A stretch of DNA of 64,000 nucleotides, taken from Lepidodermella squamata. Lineage: Eukaryota > Animalia > Gastrotricha. Shown one piece after another: positions 25,654-39,200 of the stretch; positions within the stretch are counted from its first letter, which is position 1, and each line of letters opens with the position of its first letter. A model generated the notes under the pieces. The model saw nothing but the letters and a program-made list of their open reading frames with translations. It made no database searches and was not told where the DNA came from. The translations under genes were made by a program, and so were the position numbers. Where the stretch lies: contig JBLDXI010000029.1 in assembly GCA_047495785.1 (NCBI GenBank), forward strand, positions 2,294,001 to 2,358,000, in the 5' to 3' direction.

Positions 25654-28600
25654 TCAATCGAATTCGTCATCGTCCATGCCATTTCCAACATTCCAACCCG
25701 GCGTATCGGGCTTTGCACTTGTGCCTGAAGAAATATTTACTAAATTTACTAAAAAAAGCTTTCGAAAATCTTACTCGGGAAGCAGAATCCGTAAATAACA
25801 TATCTGGCCGCTTTTTTGAAAACAATTTGCCACGTCACAAGAGCGTACGATTGCTTCAAAACAACAGGGATAGGCTATAGGTCAAAAGTTGGCATAATAA
25901 TGAGGTCAAAAATTGAAATTTGACCTACATCAAAGTTGATGAATGCGAAACTGGGTAATTTCAGGTAGAAATCGAGCTTGAAGTACATGCGATCGTTGCC
26001 ATGGTAGAAGTAGAAACAGCCCGATGGCATGACAGTCATCATATCGACGTAGTAATTGACATACATTGTCGCTAAAACACCAACTCCGAAATACTAAAAA
26101 AAAATAATTAAAATTTGAAAAAAATGAATAAAAATTATGAGCATACATCATTTTCCAACTCGGCATAAGCATCGGCGTTGAAAGCAGCGTACGGCTGAAA
26201 TCGAACGCCCATCGAGCCGTCGGGGCCGCAGAATGACGGCCAAAAGGTCAAGTTGACGCCGACATCGAAATCAGCGTTCATAATGAACGCGAAGCCTGAA
26301 AACACGATGCGAAATGCTGGCAATGTCGTGCCTATGCCGTACTGCCACTCCTCCTTCGTCCGGTTGCACGTGTACTGAATTTCGTTGATGTAATTTGTGT
26401 TGATAACGTCGAGTTTCACCTCGCCGCTGAACGCGCCTTTGAGTTGTTCGCGCGAGAATGAAATTGAGGCGATTTCGATGGCGAGTACCAACTGGGCACC
26501 GAGCCAAGTTTTGCCGTACAGACGGCCGTCACTTGCATTGCTTTGGCCTGAGAAAAATCCGGCTTTGAAACCAGCCGAACCCAATGTTCCGAAAGCGAAC
26601 GATGCACTATAAGAAAAACAGTGGAATATAAAAAATAATGACAATGAAATAAATCAAAATAAATTATTTAATTATTTAAATTAAATTAAAATATCTGAAG
26701 TCTAATAATTTCGCTCAAAAGGGATAACGCCAGATTTTTTGTGTCAAGGCGCTAAATTTTTTACACTGGGACATCAAATTTAGGGATGCATAATTTTTCA
26801 AAAAAATTTCAATTTCAATGTTTTCAACATTTTTGAAAATTTTCATTTTTTTCAAATTGATTCCAGTCCTGAAAATGCGAGGCCCATTTAAAATAAAATG
26901 AATTTTACTTGAATAGGCAGTGTTTTTTCTTCATGCCGAATATCAAGCCATCACGGTCGAATTGAGCAGCCAAGTTGTAGACACCAGGCGCAAAATACCG
27001 GCCAATATCCGAGTCCCATCGCTGGCAGTTCAACTCGGGCGTAAATTTCGGAGTCAACCCCCCAGCCCCGCCACCGCCAGTTAGGGCACTAAGGGCGCCA
27101 AGCTGCCGCTTCACGCGTCTTTGCTGGCGTTGTTCAGGATGTTCAGGGTCCGATTGCAGAAGGTTGCGAAGGCCGAGTTTCAGGTCTGCTTTTGATTTCA
27201 GCTCGAAGAATTCGCGCAATAAACCGGGTTTACACGAAAAATCGCCGCTCAGGTTGTCGTCACCGCCGTCTTTCAAGGTCCGGTTCAACGAGTTCCATAG
27301 ATAGGCGTCAAGTACTGTGAAATTATGCTTAGGCCACGTTCGTCTTGGCTTTATCATACCAGCTGAAAAAGGAAGATATATACATTTAATTGAAATTTTC
27401 AAATATTCCGAAACATATTCCGAAAAAAATCGGCCGGGCACAACTTTCCCAAAAATAAATTTTTTATTACCACGCCTAACCAAGCCACATCTCAGCGTTA
27501 CGTGTATGTTGCGTTATTGATGGGCAGTTTAAGAGTACCTAATACTTCAGTTTGCTGGCCGATATCGATTTCAATTATCGATTTTAGAAATCAGTGATTT
27601 TTCCGATATTAGAGCGTGACCCATACGCTGCGCAACCATTAGGCAATTTCGAACATTTTTCAAGGAAATTGAACTAATTTTTTGAGGTTAAGCCCACCGA
27701 GTTACCCTGGAACCTTTATCCACGGTTTTACCGAAGAAATTAAAAATGTAACTGGGAAAAATTTGAAAATCGTGATGGTAACTGGTTCGGAAATTTTCCG
27801 TTTTTACCTGAATCGAATTTCTTCGGAATTTTTTAATCCCATTCGCAAGAGATAGATAAGGTGTTTGATTACTATTTTTATGGCATTTTAGATTTTTCTA
27901 AGATTTTTCTAAAATTAAATATCCCTGGGTCGTAGCGCGCATTTCATACCAAGAAAGGAATAGTTCGAAATATCAAAAAATCGGGAAACCTAATTTAAGG
28001 AGCAGAAATAAAATAATAGAAATAGAAATAGAATAATAAAATAATAGAGCTCAGCTACTAGTGAATCTATTTCATCCGAGAAATTATAAGGAAATCAGGA
28101 AATTTTCCGAAAAAAATGAAGGGAAAAGTACCATCGCTTTGTCGCAGTCCGGTTTCAGGTAACGAAACCAATTGCTGAAGCAATTCACTCCTGGTATAGC
28201 AGCTGCTTTGCCTCATCACGACCAGCAACCCATTTTGAACCTGATCATCCTCCAAAACATGCCGCAAGGTGAGTAAAGACTCCGTCGCCAACTCCGGGTT
28301 CCAGCCATGGCAAGATCCAACAAGTTTCAGCACCACTCGAATCAGGCGACGTAGCACGTTTTCAGCCCTATTCAACATAGTTGGGACTATCACATTAGCC
28401 GCAGCGTCCAAAACAGCCCGGCGTTGTTCGGCCGGAGCTTGGCAATCGCGAATAAACGGTTCCAACTTAGCGATGAAAATGTTAATAACCACCCGATGAA
28501 CCCGACTGGTCGCAGTTTCTTTCGAAACCAGCAAGCTCAGATCCGTTAAAACGTGCATGTTCATAGCATTGGTCCAAGCTATTGGCCAGCTGTCTGTCCT

Positions 28601-30564
28601 GGTAATCAGGCTGGTCAGTTTCAGTATCAAGCCATCGCTTGGGTACTGGTACTGGGCGATTGCGTTCAGAAAATGCTGCGTGTACTTGTAAGATCTCAAT
28701 AGCTCGCCCGTGCTGAGAATATCTAGAAAAATCTTACCGTAAAAATAGCCAGCTTAATTTTCGAAATTTTGAAACAATAAATCGAAAACTGACCTTGTCA
28801 ATATCGTCGTGTTTACAGCCAGCTGCTAGTTCGAGTAATCGAACTGTGACTTTCCATTTTTTCATTTTCCTCGCCGTTTCAATGTTCTATTTAAGGTTCA
28901 AGGTGATTAAAAAATTGAAAGAGTAATCGAAACTAACCTTTTTCAAAACTGAGAACAATTCCGGTAGTAAATTTATTCGGTCCAATTTTCCAAGTACCAT
29001 GAGTCGCGATTCAAGATTCAGCAAGCTTTTCACTTTCCCAACTGTAAAATTATTGAAATTTTAAAATGACCAAGAAAAGAAGGATTTTTTCTACCATAAT
29101 CTGATGGTTTATCCGGATCATCCCATAGGTTTTTGAAGACCAAGCCCAGAGGTAATTTTCGAACATTTTCCAACTTTTTGTAATAAATTGTGAGCAAATT
29201 TTTGTTGTTGTCGAACTGCTGGCTGGTGTAATTTTCTCGGGTGTATCGAACAAAGTCGGTATCGTTCCAAATTGAACTATCCAGCGACTGAGATTCGCCA
29301 TTATTTTTCATCGAATACGTCACCACAACACCAAGAGGAAGTTGGTCATTCTAGTAAAAAAGATAAATTATTACTAAAATTAAAAAAAAATATGATTACC
29401 TTGGCAACGGGCTGAGTTGATATGTGACCATCTGTTTCAGTCACCCTGCCGTCTTTTTCATCGATAATCAGATTTTGAGTGGCGTACAAATTGATTTGAC
29501 TGAAGTTGATCGTATCAAACTGAAGCTTGACAAAATCCTCCGGGTAAACGCTCTTCGTCACCATTAAATTGCCATTACGATAACTTTCGAAGCTGTGAAC
29601 ATGATTAAAATTCATATAGGATGAGTTGAAATTTTTCGGAAAATTTACTGACGTGTAATGCGAAAAATGCTGGCCGAGATCGTCATCTTCAAAAGTTTCC
29701 GTTTCGAATTCGTGGGAGTCATCAAATATTTCCGCATTTCGATTTATTTGAAATGTAAAGACGATTCCTTTCTTAATGTTCTGATCTTCGCTATGCCGAT
29801 CTAAAAATAATTTCGAGAATAAAAGCTGAAACAAATGATAAAAGATTCAGCTACCATGATCTGATTTGTGGACGAATACATCGGTAATAGTTCCGTTGTA
29901 GTATTGGTAAAATCGAATCGGTTTCCGGGACAAATCGAACCATTTATCCTCATTAGGATCGTGCGGTCTGGAACCTATTGTCTTACTAGTCTGGAATCCA
30001 AAAACAATAATTACTTACTCAATTTTCAATAAGAATGTAAAAAGCTCACAGTTGTAGATCCTATCGCTTTGAACGAATTTACAGGGATTTTCCGATGCCG
30101 AGATTTTGAACTGTTAAATTCGTAAGATTCGGAAATTGAACTTAAAAGGTTCAGTCACCTTACTTTGAAACCGAGGCGTTACTTTTCATTTTTGTAGATA
30201 GGGTTAAAAAATTTATCACAAATTCATATCGACCGATGCTGGGTTCTGAAGAATAGTTGATATTAATAGATTAAAGAAAATATTGAAAATTCCAACCATA
30301 ATTTACACAGGTCAGCTCGAATCGCGAGGTAAAAACGATGTATTTAGTCGCATTGGCGAATCCAACTATTTTGCTATTGTAATCGTATAAAAGTGACGTC
30401 CGATTGAGATCCTGCAAGGAAAAATAATTAGATGTCGATCTATTGTCCCATTTTTTTTCATTTACCTGGCATAGGGCTTGAGAAAAATGAGCCAAAGTTC
30501 TGGCGCCTATTTGATCGATAAGGGTGATCAGTGCCAACACGACTCCCTTTTCCAATAAACCCAT
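25654..30564 (-). CDS. Secreted vitellogenin/LLTP-like protein, paralog B
   Basis: Signal-like MGLLEKGVVLALITLI. NIKKGIVFTFQ...EDDDLGQHFSHY, RVKR site, GCFYFYHGNDRM. Last exon ends DDDEFD*. Confidence 0.75.
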
Positions 30565-32044
30565 CCGTATCAAGATCGAGAAATTATGGGCTATGTATCT
30601 TCACAGGATGTCCCTTTGCTTTGGTGACATTTTTCGGCAAGAACAAAACGGCAGAAAAGTAAACAGATTTTCTGAAAATTAATTAAAATACAAATATTGC
30701 TGTAGTATAAGTTGGAAAACAAGCATTATTAAACAATAGGTTTGATGATGTTCGCAAATTATTAATTTTATTTAGAAAAATGATGAGAACTTTTTGATTA
30801 TACAAGTAAAACCGGCGCGGAATGCCGGAACAAAGGGCTAGCGGTGAATTAAGAGAAGCGACGGCGGCGACGCCAAATTGTCTGCGCACGCGCAAAGCGA
30901 CGCACTTGAATTACCTTGGCAAGTATATAATCGCATTACTTCACTCATCATAATGCGGCAAAATTATGAAAAAATTAATTACCCTGTGATTTATAAGATC
31001 AAAATTATAGATATAAATTTAGCGATGATGCGAATTAATTGATGGCAAAAATCAGGGTGGGGATAGCAAAGAGAATAAAAAGTGAAAATGTGACCTGAAA
31101 TAACTTAAAACTAGGTCATGATAACATTTTATGCATTTTTTCTTGTAACATTTCAAAATTTCATCGGAGATAAACTCATTAATTCTTTTTTTTCAGGGAA
31201 ATTTGAGAGGAATTCTTGGAAAATTAGTTCTGATTTTCTTTTTAAAAAATCATGTGTAAAGTGATTGAACCATTTTGGAGAATTTTGATACCGAAAAATT
31301 TGTAAAAAAAAATCCGCCTTAATTTATTTTGTGTAAATTCCTGTTCCGAAAATCAGAAATAATTTTTGTTGTCACGCTTGATTGATTTTTTCACGCTCTG
31401 CCCTATTGGAACAACTCCAAGACCAAAGGCCTGGAATGAGCCTCAGGCTAAAGAAATTCACGCGCTCAAGGCGGGAGATAAGAGATGCCGGCGCGCGTTA
31501 AAGCATAAAAACTAAAACAATAGCGCATCTCATTTCAGCGACCAAGAGCAGGTATCAGCAAGCGCGCATCCGCGCACTCAAGTTCCAAGGCCGGCAAAAT
31601 AATGATACATGAGGCCCTCGAAACAATAATTACCTGCCGAGAGTGTTGTCTCCACTCTGCGGCTTCAAGTACATGTAAATAATAATAATAATAATAATAA
31701 TGAAAATTTAGCTAAAACCGACGCCAAACGCCTGTTGTGACCTGAACATCCGCTTCGAGTTAATTGCTACCTGGCCTAGCTTTAACGAAGCGCGATGCGA
31801 CCAGTACTAAACGCTTGGTGTCTGCATAGTCGTGTTATCTCTTATCAGCTGGCTTTTGCCTCTCGCGTAAAAATGTAATGTACAAAATACTCCGCCGAAA
31901 CGAGAAAAATTCTGCGACGATTAACAATTTGTTCAACACGACAACAAAAATTTAATTGTCAAACGCCTCATGAGCACACCAGTATTTTGTCATCGCGAAC
32001 AAATTATTTCGGCAAATGTTGTGAAATTTTTATAACAATATAAT

Positions 32045-35000
32045 ATGACGGTGATATTTTTCTTGTTGTTGACAATCTGCCTACCGTTCGTGGCGCCTAT
32101 AAGTCCTTGCAACCCTTACGAGCCTGGTCCGATCAGCCATCAATACATCTTCGACAGCTCAGTAGCGGCTTTTACAAACTCGATCGCTAAATCAATTTTT
32201 TTCACGGCAAATTTTTCGTTACAGTGCGATGAATTCGGTAGGCGGAAATTTTAAATTTTTCTCACTGAAAATTCAATTTTTTTCAATAGATCCGAATAAC
32301 CGATTGTACCAATATTCTTTGATTATTCACAAAATATCGACAAAACTTCAGTCGACGGATAAAAGGAAGAAAACTGCGGCGCCAAGCCGGAGGCGCAAAA
32401 TTCCGGCTCCTTTTAAGGTGGCAGCATCGCTGAACCCAATAACGAATAAGTTCAAAATCGAGAATTATCAAACTCGACACCGGCGGGCTGCTGAACAGGA
32501 AAATGTTTGGTATGACCTGGTGCCACAGCAGAGCAATAACTCGGTCCAAGTTCGATTCGACCGGCTGTTCAACGGCTCGATCATCCGGATGAAAATTCCT
32601 AGCGATTTGAGTGAAGTTACGGTTGGAATTTTGAAAACGCTGGTCCTACTATTCAACATCAACCGAAACATGACGTCGACTTTACTGCTCGAAAACGACG
32701 ATTTGGGCCAGCATTACTCGAAATTTTCATTCCAACGTTACCACAATGGCGATTCGAGGTTTTTAATCGCTGAAAAAATCGTCGAGCCGGATGATTTTAA
32801 CAAAAATCAGTACGAAAGCGTGAATACGGGTAAAATTGCGGTGAAGCAGCGGCAAATTCAGGTGATAAACTACGACACGATGCTGCTGTACAATTCTTCG
32901 GGCAAAATTTCGACAACGTCAGCGACTGATTTTCAGAATTTAAACACCAGCTCGACTGAAGATAAACGAATTCCGAATGTTATCTTCCAAGTTGAAGTTG
33001 GGTATTACTTGAAACTCGACCGAACTCTGCCGAGATTTTACGATAGGGTCCAGAAGAAACCTGAGCAAGTGTTCGATTTTTCCAACTTCGCCCCTCAACA
33101 TTTCGACGATTGTGAGTTTGAAATTTAAAATTTGAGTCCTCCTTAATTTTTTGTTTAATAGCTAAAGAATTGGAGAAGATTTTGCATATCAAGCAGGATT
33201 TATTGAAAACCAACGCGAATTGGCAGGATGTTATGCAAATAGCTGTTGGCGAGGTTCGATCAGGTCAGGATAAGGAATCGAATCTGCTTCGAGGGGCCTT
33301 GGTCCTAGAATCGACCCTCTACTTGAGATCGAAACGTCAAAATAAGCCGATTTTAAACGAAATTCTACCGATTGCCACAAAAATTCTAGTCGAAAGTCTG
33401 GACAGCAACAATTTCGATGCTGTTTTTCGCGTTTTGTACATACTATCCGGAGCTCATGGTGATGAAATTAACAAGGTGACTGGATTTTTTTAGAAAAATC
33501 AATGTTAAGGCGGATTTTTTTAATTTTTTAATTTTTAATTTTAATTTTAATTTTAATTTTAATTTCAAATTTCAAATTTCAAATTTTAATTTCAATTTCA
33601 ATTTTTTTAGATTTTTCTCGGATGTTTTTCCCTGAGATCTATCACTGAAAATGAGGCAAATCGGCGTAATTTTTTCAACACGCTTGGCCAGCTGCAATTC
33701 CCGTCCGATTTGTTACTCAACCGGTTATTTGCCGAGTTCGAACAATTGAGCCTTAAATCTGTCTTCCGAATGACTGATAAAGAAGCGAATGCGACGCGGC
33801 GGTGTTACCACGCTATGCTCAGCGCGGGTACTTTGCTGTCCCGGCAAACCATTTCCGACCAAATGCGGGATAGAATAATCCGATGGTTCACGAACAAAAT
33901 CACTCAGACCTTCACAGCTCACCATCGCTGCCGCGGTCTTCACGACGCTAAATTTTACTACGAACCAATTTTCGACTCAATCGCAAATTTCATGACGCCA
34001 GAAGTTGTGGGTAAGCATCCGCAACTCGTCAATTCATCCCTGGTTTGGCATTTGCTAGAGATCGCGGAGATTTGCTACGACCGCGTTGAGCCGGAATTTG
34101 CGCTGACAGTTCTACAAACCCTGCGAAAATTGTACCACTTCGCGCCAATTTCTGAGTCGATTTCGCATTTGATTGCCGTAAAATCAACGTCCTGCGAACA
34201 GCGGGCTGATTTGTTGAATGAGCTTCGAAATAGGATCAACGACGATGATCGAATGCGGCTGCAGCGAATGTGGCCGCGTTATGGCGTAGTCACCGTGCTG
34301 GATTCCTACGTTACCCAGCAGTTTTTGTCGATTTTAGACGGGAAAGGCAGTTCGTTCGATTGTAACAGGGGTGTTTTGGTTGACTATTTGAAGGGGAAGC
34401 GAGGTCGAGCTTGGGATGAGTTATTCGAAGGCATCGCCGAGAAGCACTATAGGAGGAGGAATTTTCGAGACAATTCAACAGCTGAAAATGAGGCCTTAAT
34501 CCGAAATCGGCGGCAGCTCGGAGGTTTAGGAAGCCTTCTCGGTGGTGGAGGAGGTCTTACTGGAGGTAAGTAAATTCAAAAAATTTAAAATTTATTTAAA
34601 ATTTAAAATGTAGAGAATTTAAAGAATTTAATTCAATTTTTTTAAATTTTAAAATTTGATTCAACATTTTAGATGTTGAGAATTTTGTAATTAATTTTAT
34701 TTAGCAGATTTAAAAATTCAAAATTTAATTGTAAAGCGAAAGCAAAAATTTGAAAGCAAAAAATTTCAAACACAATTTTTTCATGTCAGGCGGCGGCGGT
34801 GGAGGAGGAAGCGGTTTCACCCCGAATACGATAGTCGAATGTGACAAGTGGGACTCGACCGTGGGAAGAAATTACCGTAACGTCTATTCGAATCCTACGC
34901 TATACGATTACGACAGCTTGACTTACGGATCTACGAAACGCCATTGTATTTTCGATTTGTCAATCAAATTTTCCACCCTCGCTACGATCGGCATCGAAGC

Positions 35001-35953
35001 TGGGTTCTTCTCCGGTAGAAATGCTACAACGCGTATGGGCCGATTATTCGGCAAAGCCTGGTCAGGGTGAGTCAACATTTCAATTTCAAAATTGTTTGGA
35101 TTTATTTTGAAATTTTTGAAATAGGTTGTCGTTTTTACTTTCTCCCCAAGAATTTGCCGTGCTCGAATTTAGCCGTTACATGCATCCACGTGGCTTCAAT
35201 GGCGGCGTGAAGCTGTCAGCTTTTGGCACAGTTTACATGGATGAAAAACAAGATCACTGTAACATGACCTTCCGCATCAGTTTCCGGCCGTTGCAATGGA
35301 CCCTGCCAGCTTTTCGAGTTACCTTCGGCGGGTTCACGTTTTTAATGACTGCTGATTTCGCCCTCACTTTGAACATGACCCTGAACCCTTCTTACTGTGG
35401 GGCTGATGGCGAGATGGGTCTTCGATTCTTACCCGCTGTTGTAGCCGAGGCAACAGCATATGCCGAACTTGAAAATGACGTAAATTTTCGCCAAAAAATA
35501 ATCATTCCCTCGAAAATAATAATTTTTCCGCTCAAGTTTTTTGGCATGGGAATGCAGGCAGCTGTAAACATCAACTACTACTTCGACTTTCAAGCCTCAG
35601 TACCCAGCGGATGTCTGTACATTTTCCACGGAAATGATGACATGTTCATGAAATTCGACTTCTACATAAAATTGCCGAGTTTCGTCTTCACGAACACAAA
35701 CGTAATTTTTACGAGATTTTTACCTATCTATGTCTATATTTTTCCTGATTATAGGTCAAATCGATAACAATACGGCAACCATGGCCAATATTTACGTGGC
35801 AATTAATTATTAAAAAGTCTGGCCGATATGTCTTATATGGATTCTGCATGCCTGGTAAGTTCATTTAACGCTTTGGAAGGTTTTTTTTAATTATATTTTG
35901 AAATCACAGCAACTGTCATCCCACCCGAAGCCGTTCCTTACTACAACACCTGA
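32045..35953 (+). CDS. Secreted vitellogenin/LLTP-like protein, paralog C
   Basis: Signal peptide MTVIFFLLLTICLPFVA. GILKTLVLLFN...ENDDLGQHYSKF, RNRR site, GCLYIFHGNDDM. About nine exons, ending VPYYNT*. Confidence 0.75.
33522..33606. repeat. (TTTTAA/TTTCAA)n hexamer microsatellite in an intron
   Basis: Visible tandem hexamers. Confidence 0.8.
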
Positions 35954-36263
35954 AAATTATGCAGTTTTTAAATTTCAGATAAATAATTTGAGAATAAAAA
36001 GAAGAAATGTTGCTACAACAATGTTTTACTCGAATAATTCAAAGAACTGAAAAGTAAGAGATAGCAGGTAAAGTATTTAAGCTGTAACAGGGCTCATTTT
36101 GATCAATAAAATTTTATACAAAAAAAATAAAAAGCACTACAACAGTAATTTTCTATATACAATATTTTACAAAACGGCCAGAAAAAAGTCTTTAGAAAAA
36201 TCACAGAAAGCAATTTCAGCTTTTATGGAACAATGTTATAGCCTGAATCTCGAAAAATCTCGT

Positions 36264-39200
36264 TTAGCCTTGGCTCGCATCGAATGTCCAGGATGGAGTA
36301 TCGGGACCGGAGAAAAAGTCTGCAAAATTTTTCAAAAATTTAAATAAAATTCAGTTTTTTCTGCCAAAATATTTACTTGGCGGGCACCAGCCGAACAGCG
36401 CCCATTTGCCGCCCGCTTTTGCAATCAAATCCCATTGAAATACGTTCCACACAATCAGTGAGGTTGCTGGATTAGGCTATTTAAAAAAATTGATAAAAAA
36501 TTATCATTTTTTTTAAATAAATTCGCTCACATTGATGTTTGTAAATTTGAATGTTGGCAATTTAAGGTAGATTGAAATCGAAAATTGCATGTCGTCATTG
36601 CCGTGGTAGAGCCGAATGCAGCCGTCGGGCGCTCGTAGTGACAACTCGAGGAAATAATCGAAAAATAACTGCGCATTTATGCCGACTCCGAAGTAAGAAT
36701 TCGCGATTTCCGCAAACGCATTGCCAGCCAAAACACCGACAGGTTTGAACATAATGCCGATGTCGCCTTGTAAACAATAGCTAGGCCATAAGTACAGGGT
36801 TACTCGAGCTTCGAGATCTGCGTTCATGTTGAGGGAAAAGCCGCCGAATGAGACGGTGTACACTGGCAGGGCGAATTGGTAGGCGTAGGACCATTGATCG
36901 ATTGTAATATTGCACGTGTATTGAGGCAAGTCCCTAAAAAATAGAACAGAAATATGTGAAAATTACGTTAAAAATAAAATAAAATAAAATAAAATTGAGG
37001 TTCCAGCTCTGAGTTCAAGCTCCAAGCTCCAAGTTTTTTGCGATTACGAATTTTCCCAATATCAAAAATTCCACCATTTTCCCCGATTTCGGGTCTCGAT
37101 CGGAAAATTGAGAATTATTTCAAAATTTTCAATTATTTGGTTTCGGTTTAGGGAACGAAGAGATATGAGGTGGGGTAAGGTCTTCAAAAATTAAAATGTT
37201 AATTTCTGAATTTTAAATAATTTTGAATTCAATAATTAATTTCGATTTTCATATATCGATATCGAAAATTGATGGAAATCGATACTCAAAATCGATATCG
37301 ACTGTTCTGGTAGATTTTTAGCCAATGTCAACAATTTTCTGTAGATCCCATACTTTTGGAGTTTGGCCTAGTTTCAATCAGCCCAAATTATCTAGATCTT
37401 TAGTCCAATTTATAGACCGAACTTACATGTAAGTGAAACCAATAGCCGATAGACGCGTGTAACCATAGAAACCGCTTTGACTCTGCTCACGATTGAACGC
37501 AACATCCAACAAGCTGATAACAAGCCCAAGTTGAACATTGACAACCAGCCGGCCGAACAGCTTGCAAATACCCGTCTCAGCAGTTTTACCCGTGAAAAAC
37601 CCGGCTCGAACATAGGCCGCAAAATAATTCGTCCCGCCAGTTACATCAAACAAAATATGCCGCCGGACGTTGTACAACGATTTATCAGTTTGAAATTGAG
37701 ACGGCGCTTGAATAACGACAAACATGCCGTTGTAGTCTTGCCAGTCGTTCGTGTAAATATTGTACGAATAGCCGTCACCACTCGCCCGTTTTTCCCGGTC
37801 CAATAGCTCGGTAGAATTGCTAGTATCAATCGTAATCACCTTATCGTCCTCCGAATTTGAAATCGCCAATTTTTTCGTGGTAATCGTAACCGGGGTTGTT
37901 CGAACCATTCCGAAGCTTCGTTGAAATTGAACCGAACCATATGGCATTTTCTTCCTCGCGAAGTAATCTTCAAAGGTCGCGCGGTCACAGGACAATTTTT
38001 CAGGCTGGAACATGAGTAGAGCCGCGAAGTGGCGGTCGATTTCATTCACGCCCCTCGCCGGCCAAACCTTGATGTCAAACTGCATTGTTTTCATCAACTG
38101 GCCGATCAGCAGCGATTTTTGGTGGCAATCAGCCCGGGTTAGATAGGCTAGGATCGATTTCATAGCTATAGGCGATGTATGCAGCTTACTAACCGCGGCC
38201 AGGGCTGTTAGGGCGATGTCGTCGATTTCATGACACATTTTCGCGATATCAATGACTTGGTTGATCAATTTCGAGGCTAATGGCCCGATTTGGTTGACAA
38301 CCTGCGGGCTCAGGAAGTTGCCCATAGCACTTAGACTCAGCATAGCTGGGGTTCCGAGTTGGCAGGTTTCGTTTGCGAATCTATCGCTGACGACTTTGTA
38401 GAGATATTCGGCGACTGTGATTTTTGTTTGGTTGGTTACGGTGTTGCGGGAGCCGGTTGAGCCGATGGCGAGTAGCAGGTGGTTTCGGAATTCGAGTTCG
38501 TCATCGTCGAACACTTCGCCGGCTCGGTGTTGGTAGATCATTTGCGTGACTATGAAATCGGATGGGTGGGACATGAAAATTGCCATATTCATCAGTTGCA
38601 CTCGGTACATGTTCGGCAGCTGGTCGTTTTGAAGATAGCTGAGGAGAACCTATGAAAATTTAAAAATAAATGTTTTATTTGACTAAAGGTTGATAGGGAT
38701 AGATTCCAAAATTTAAAAAAAATTCTTAGAATTTTCATTTGTTTGTTATCCTGTCTAATCGCGCTGAACCTTTAGTTCACACGATCAATATCGATTCCAA
38801 GTATCGATTTTACAAATCAGTGATTTTTTCGATATTAGCAATCTTTGAAACCAACATTGAAACTGTTCCTAGCGAGCTGATGGTACTAGGTACCAGGTAG
38901 CTAAATGGAAAACCCCAAGGTCATGGAAGGCATCAGTAATGACCAATATAAGAAGAAGCTGAAATCGCAAGGAATGGGGACCTTACCTTTTGTGGTTCGA
39001 ATCTTCAGATATAACGTGAATTGCCAAAAACTCTACATTTCTAAAAGACTTCAATTTCCAGATATTTAAGCTGGCATGAAAAAAGGTTCCATGGCTTCGA
39101 CGAAGTTCCATGAAAATTTTACAGAAATTCATAGGAAAAGTGGAAATTTGGCCCCACTGAAAAATTGTATTAAAAACTGGACCTTTAGCAGATTTATGAA

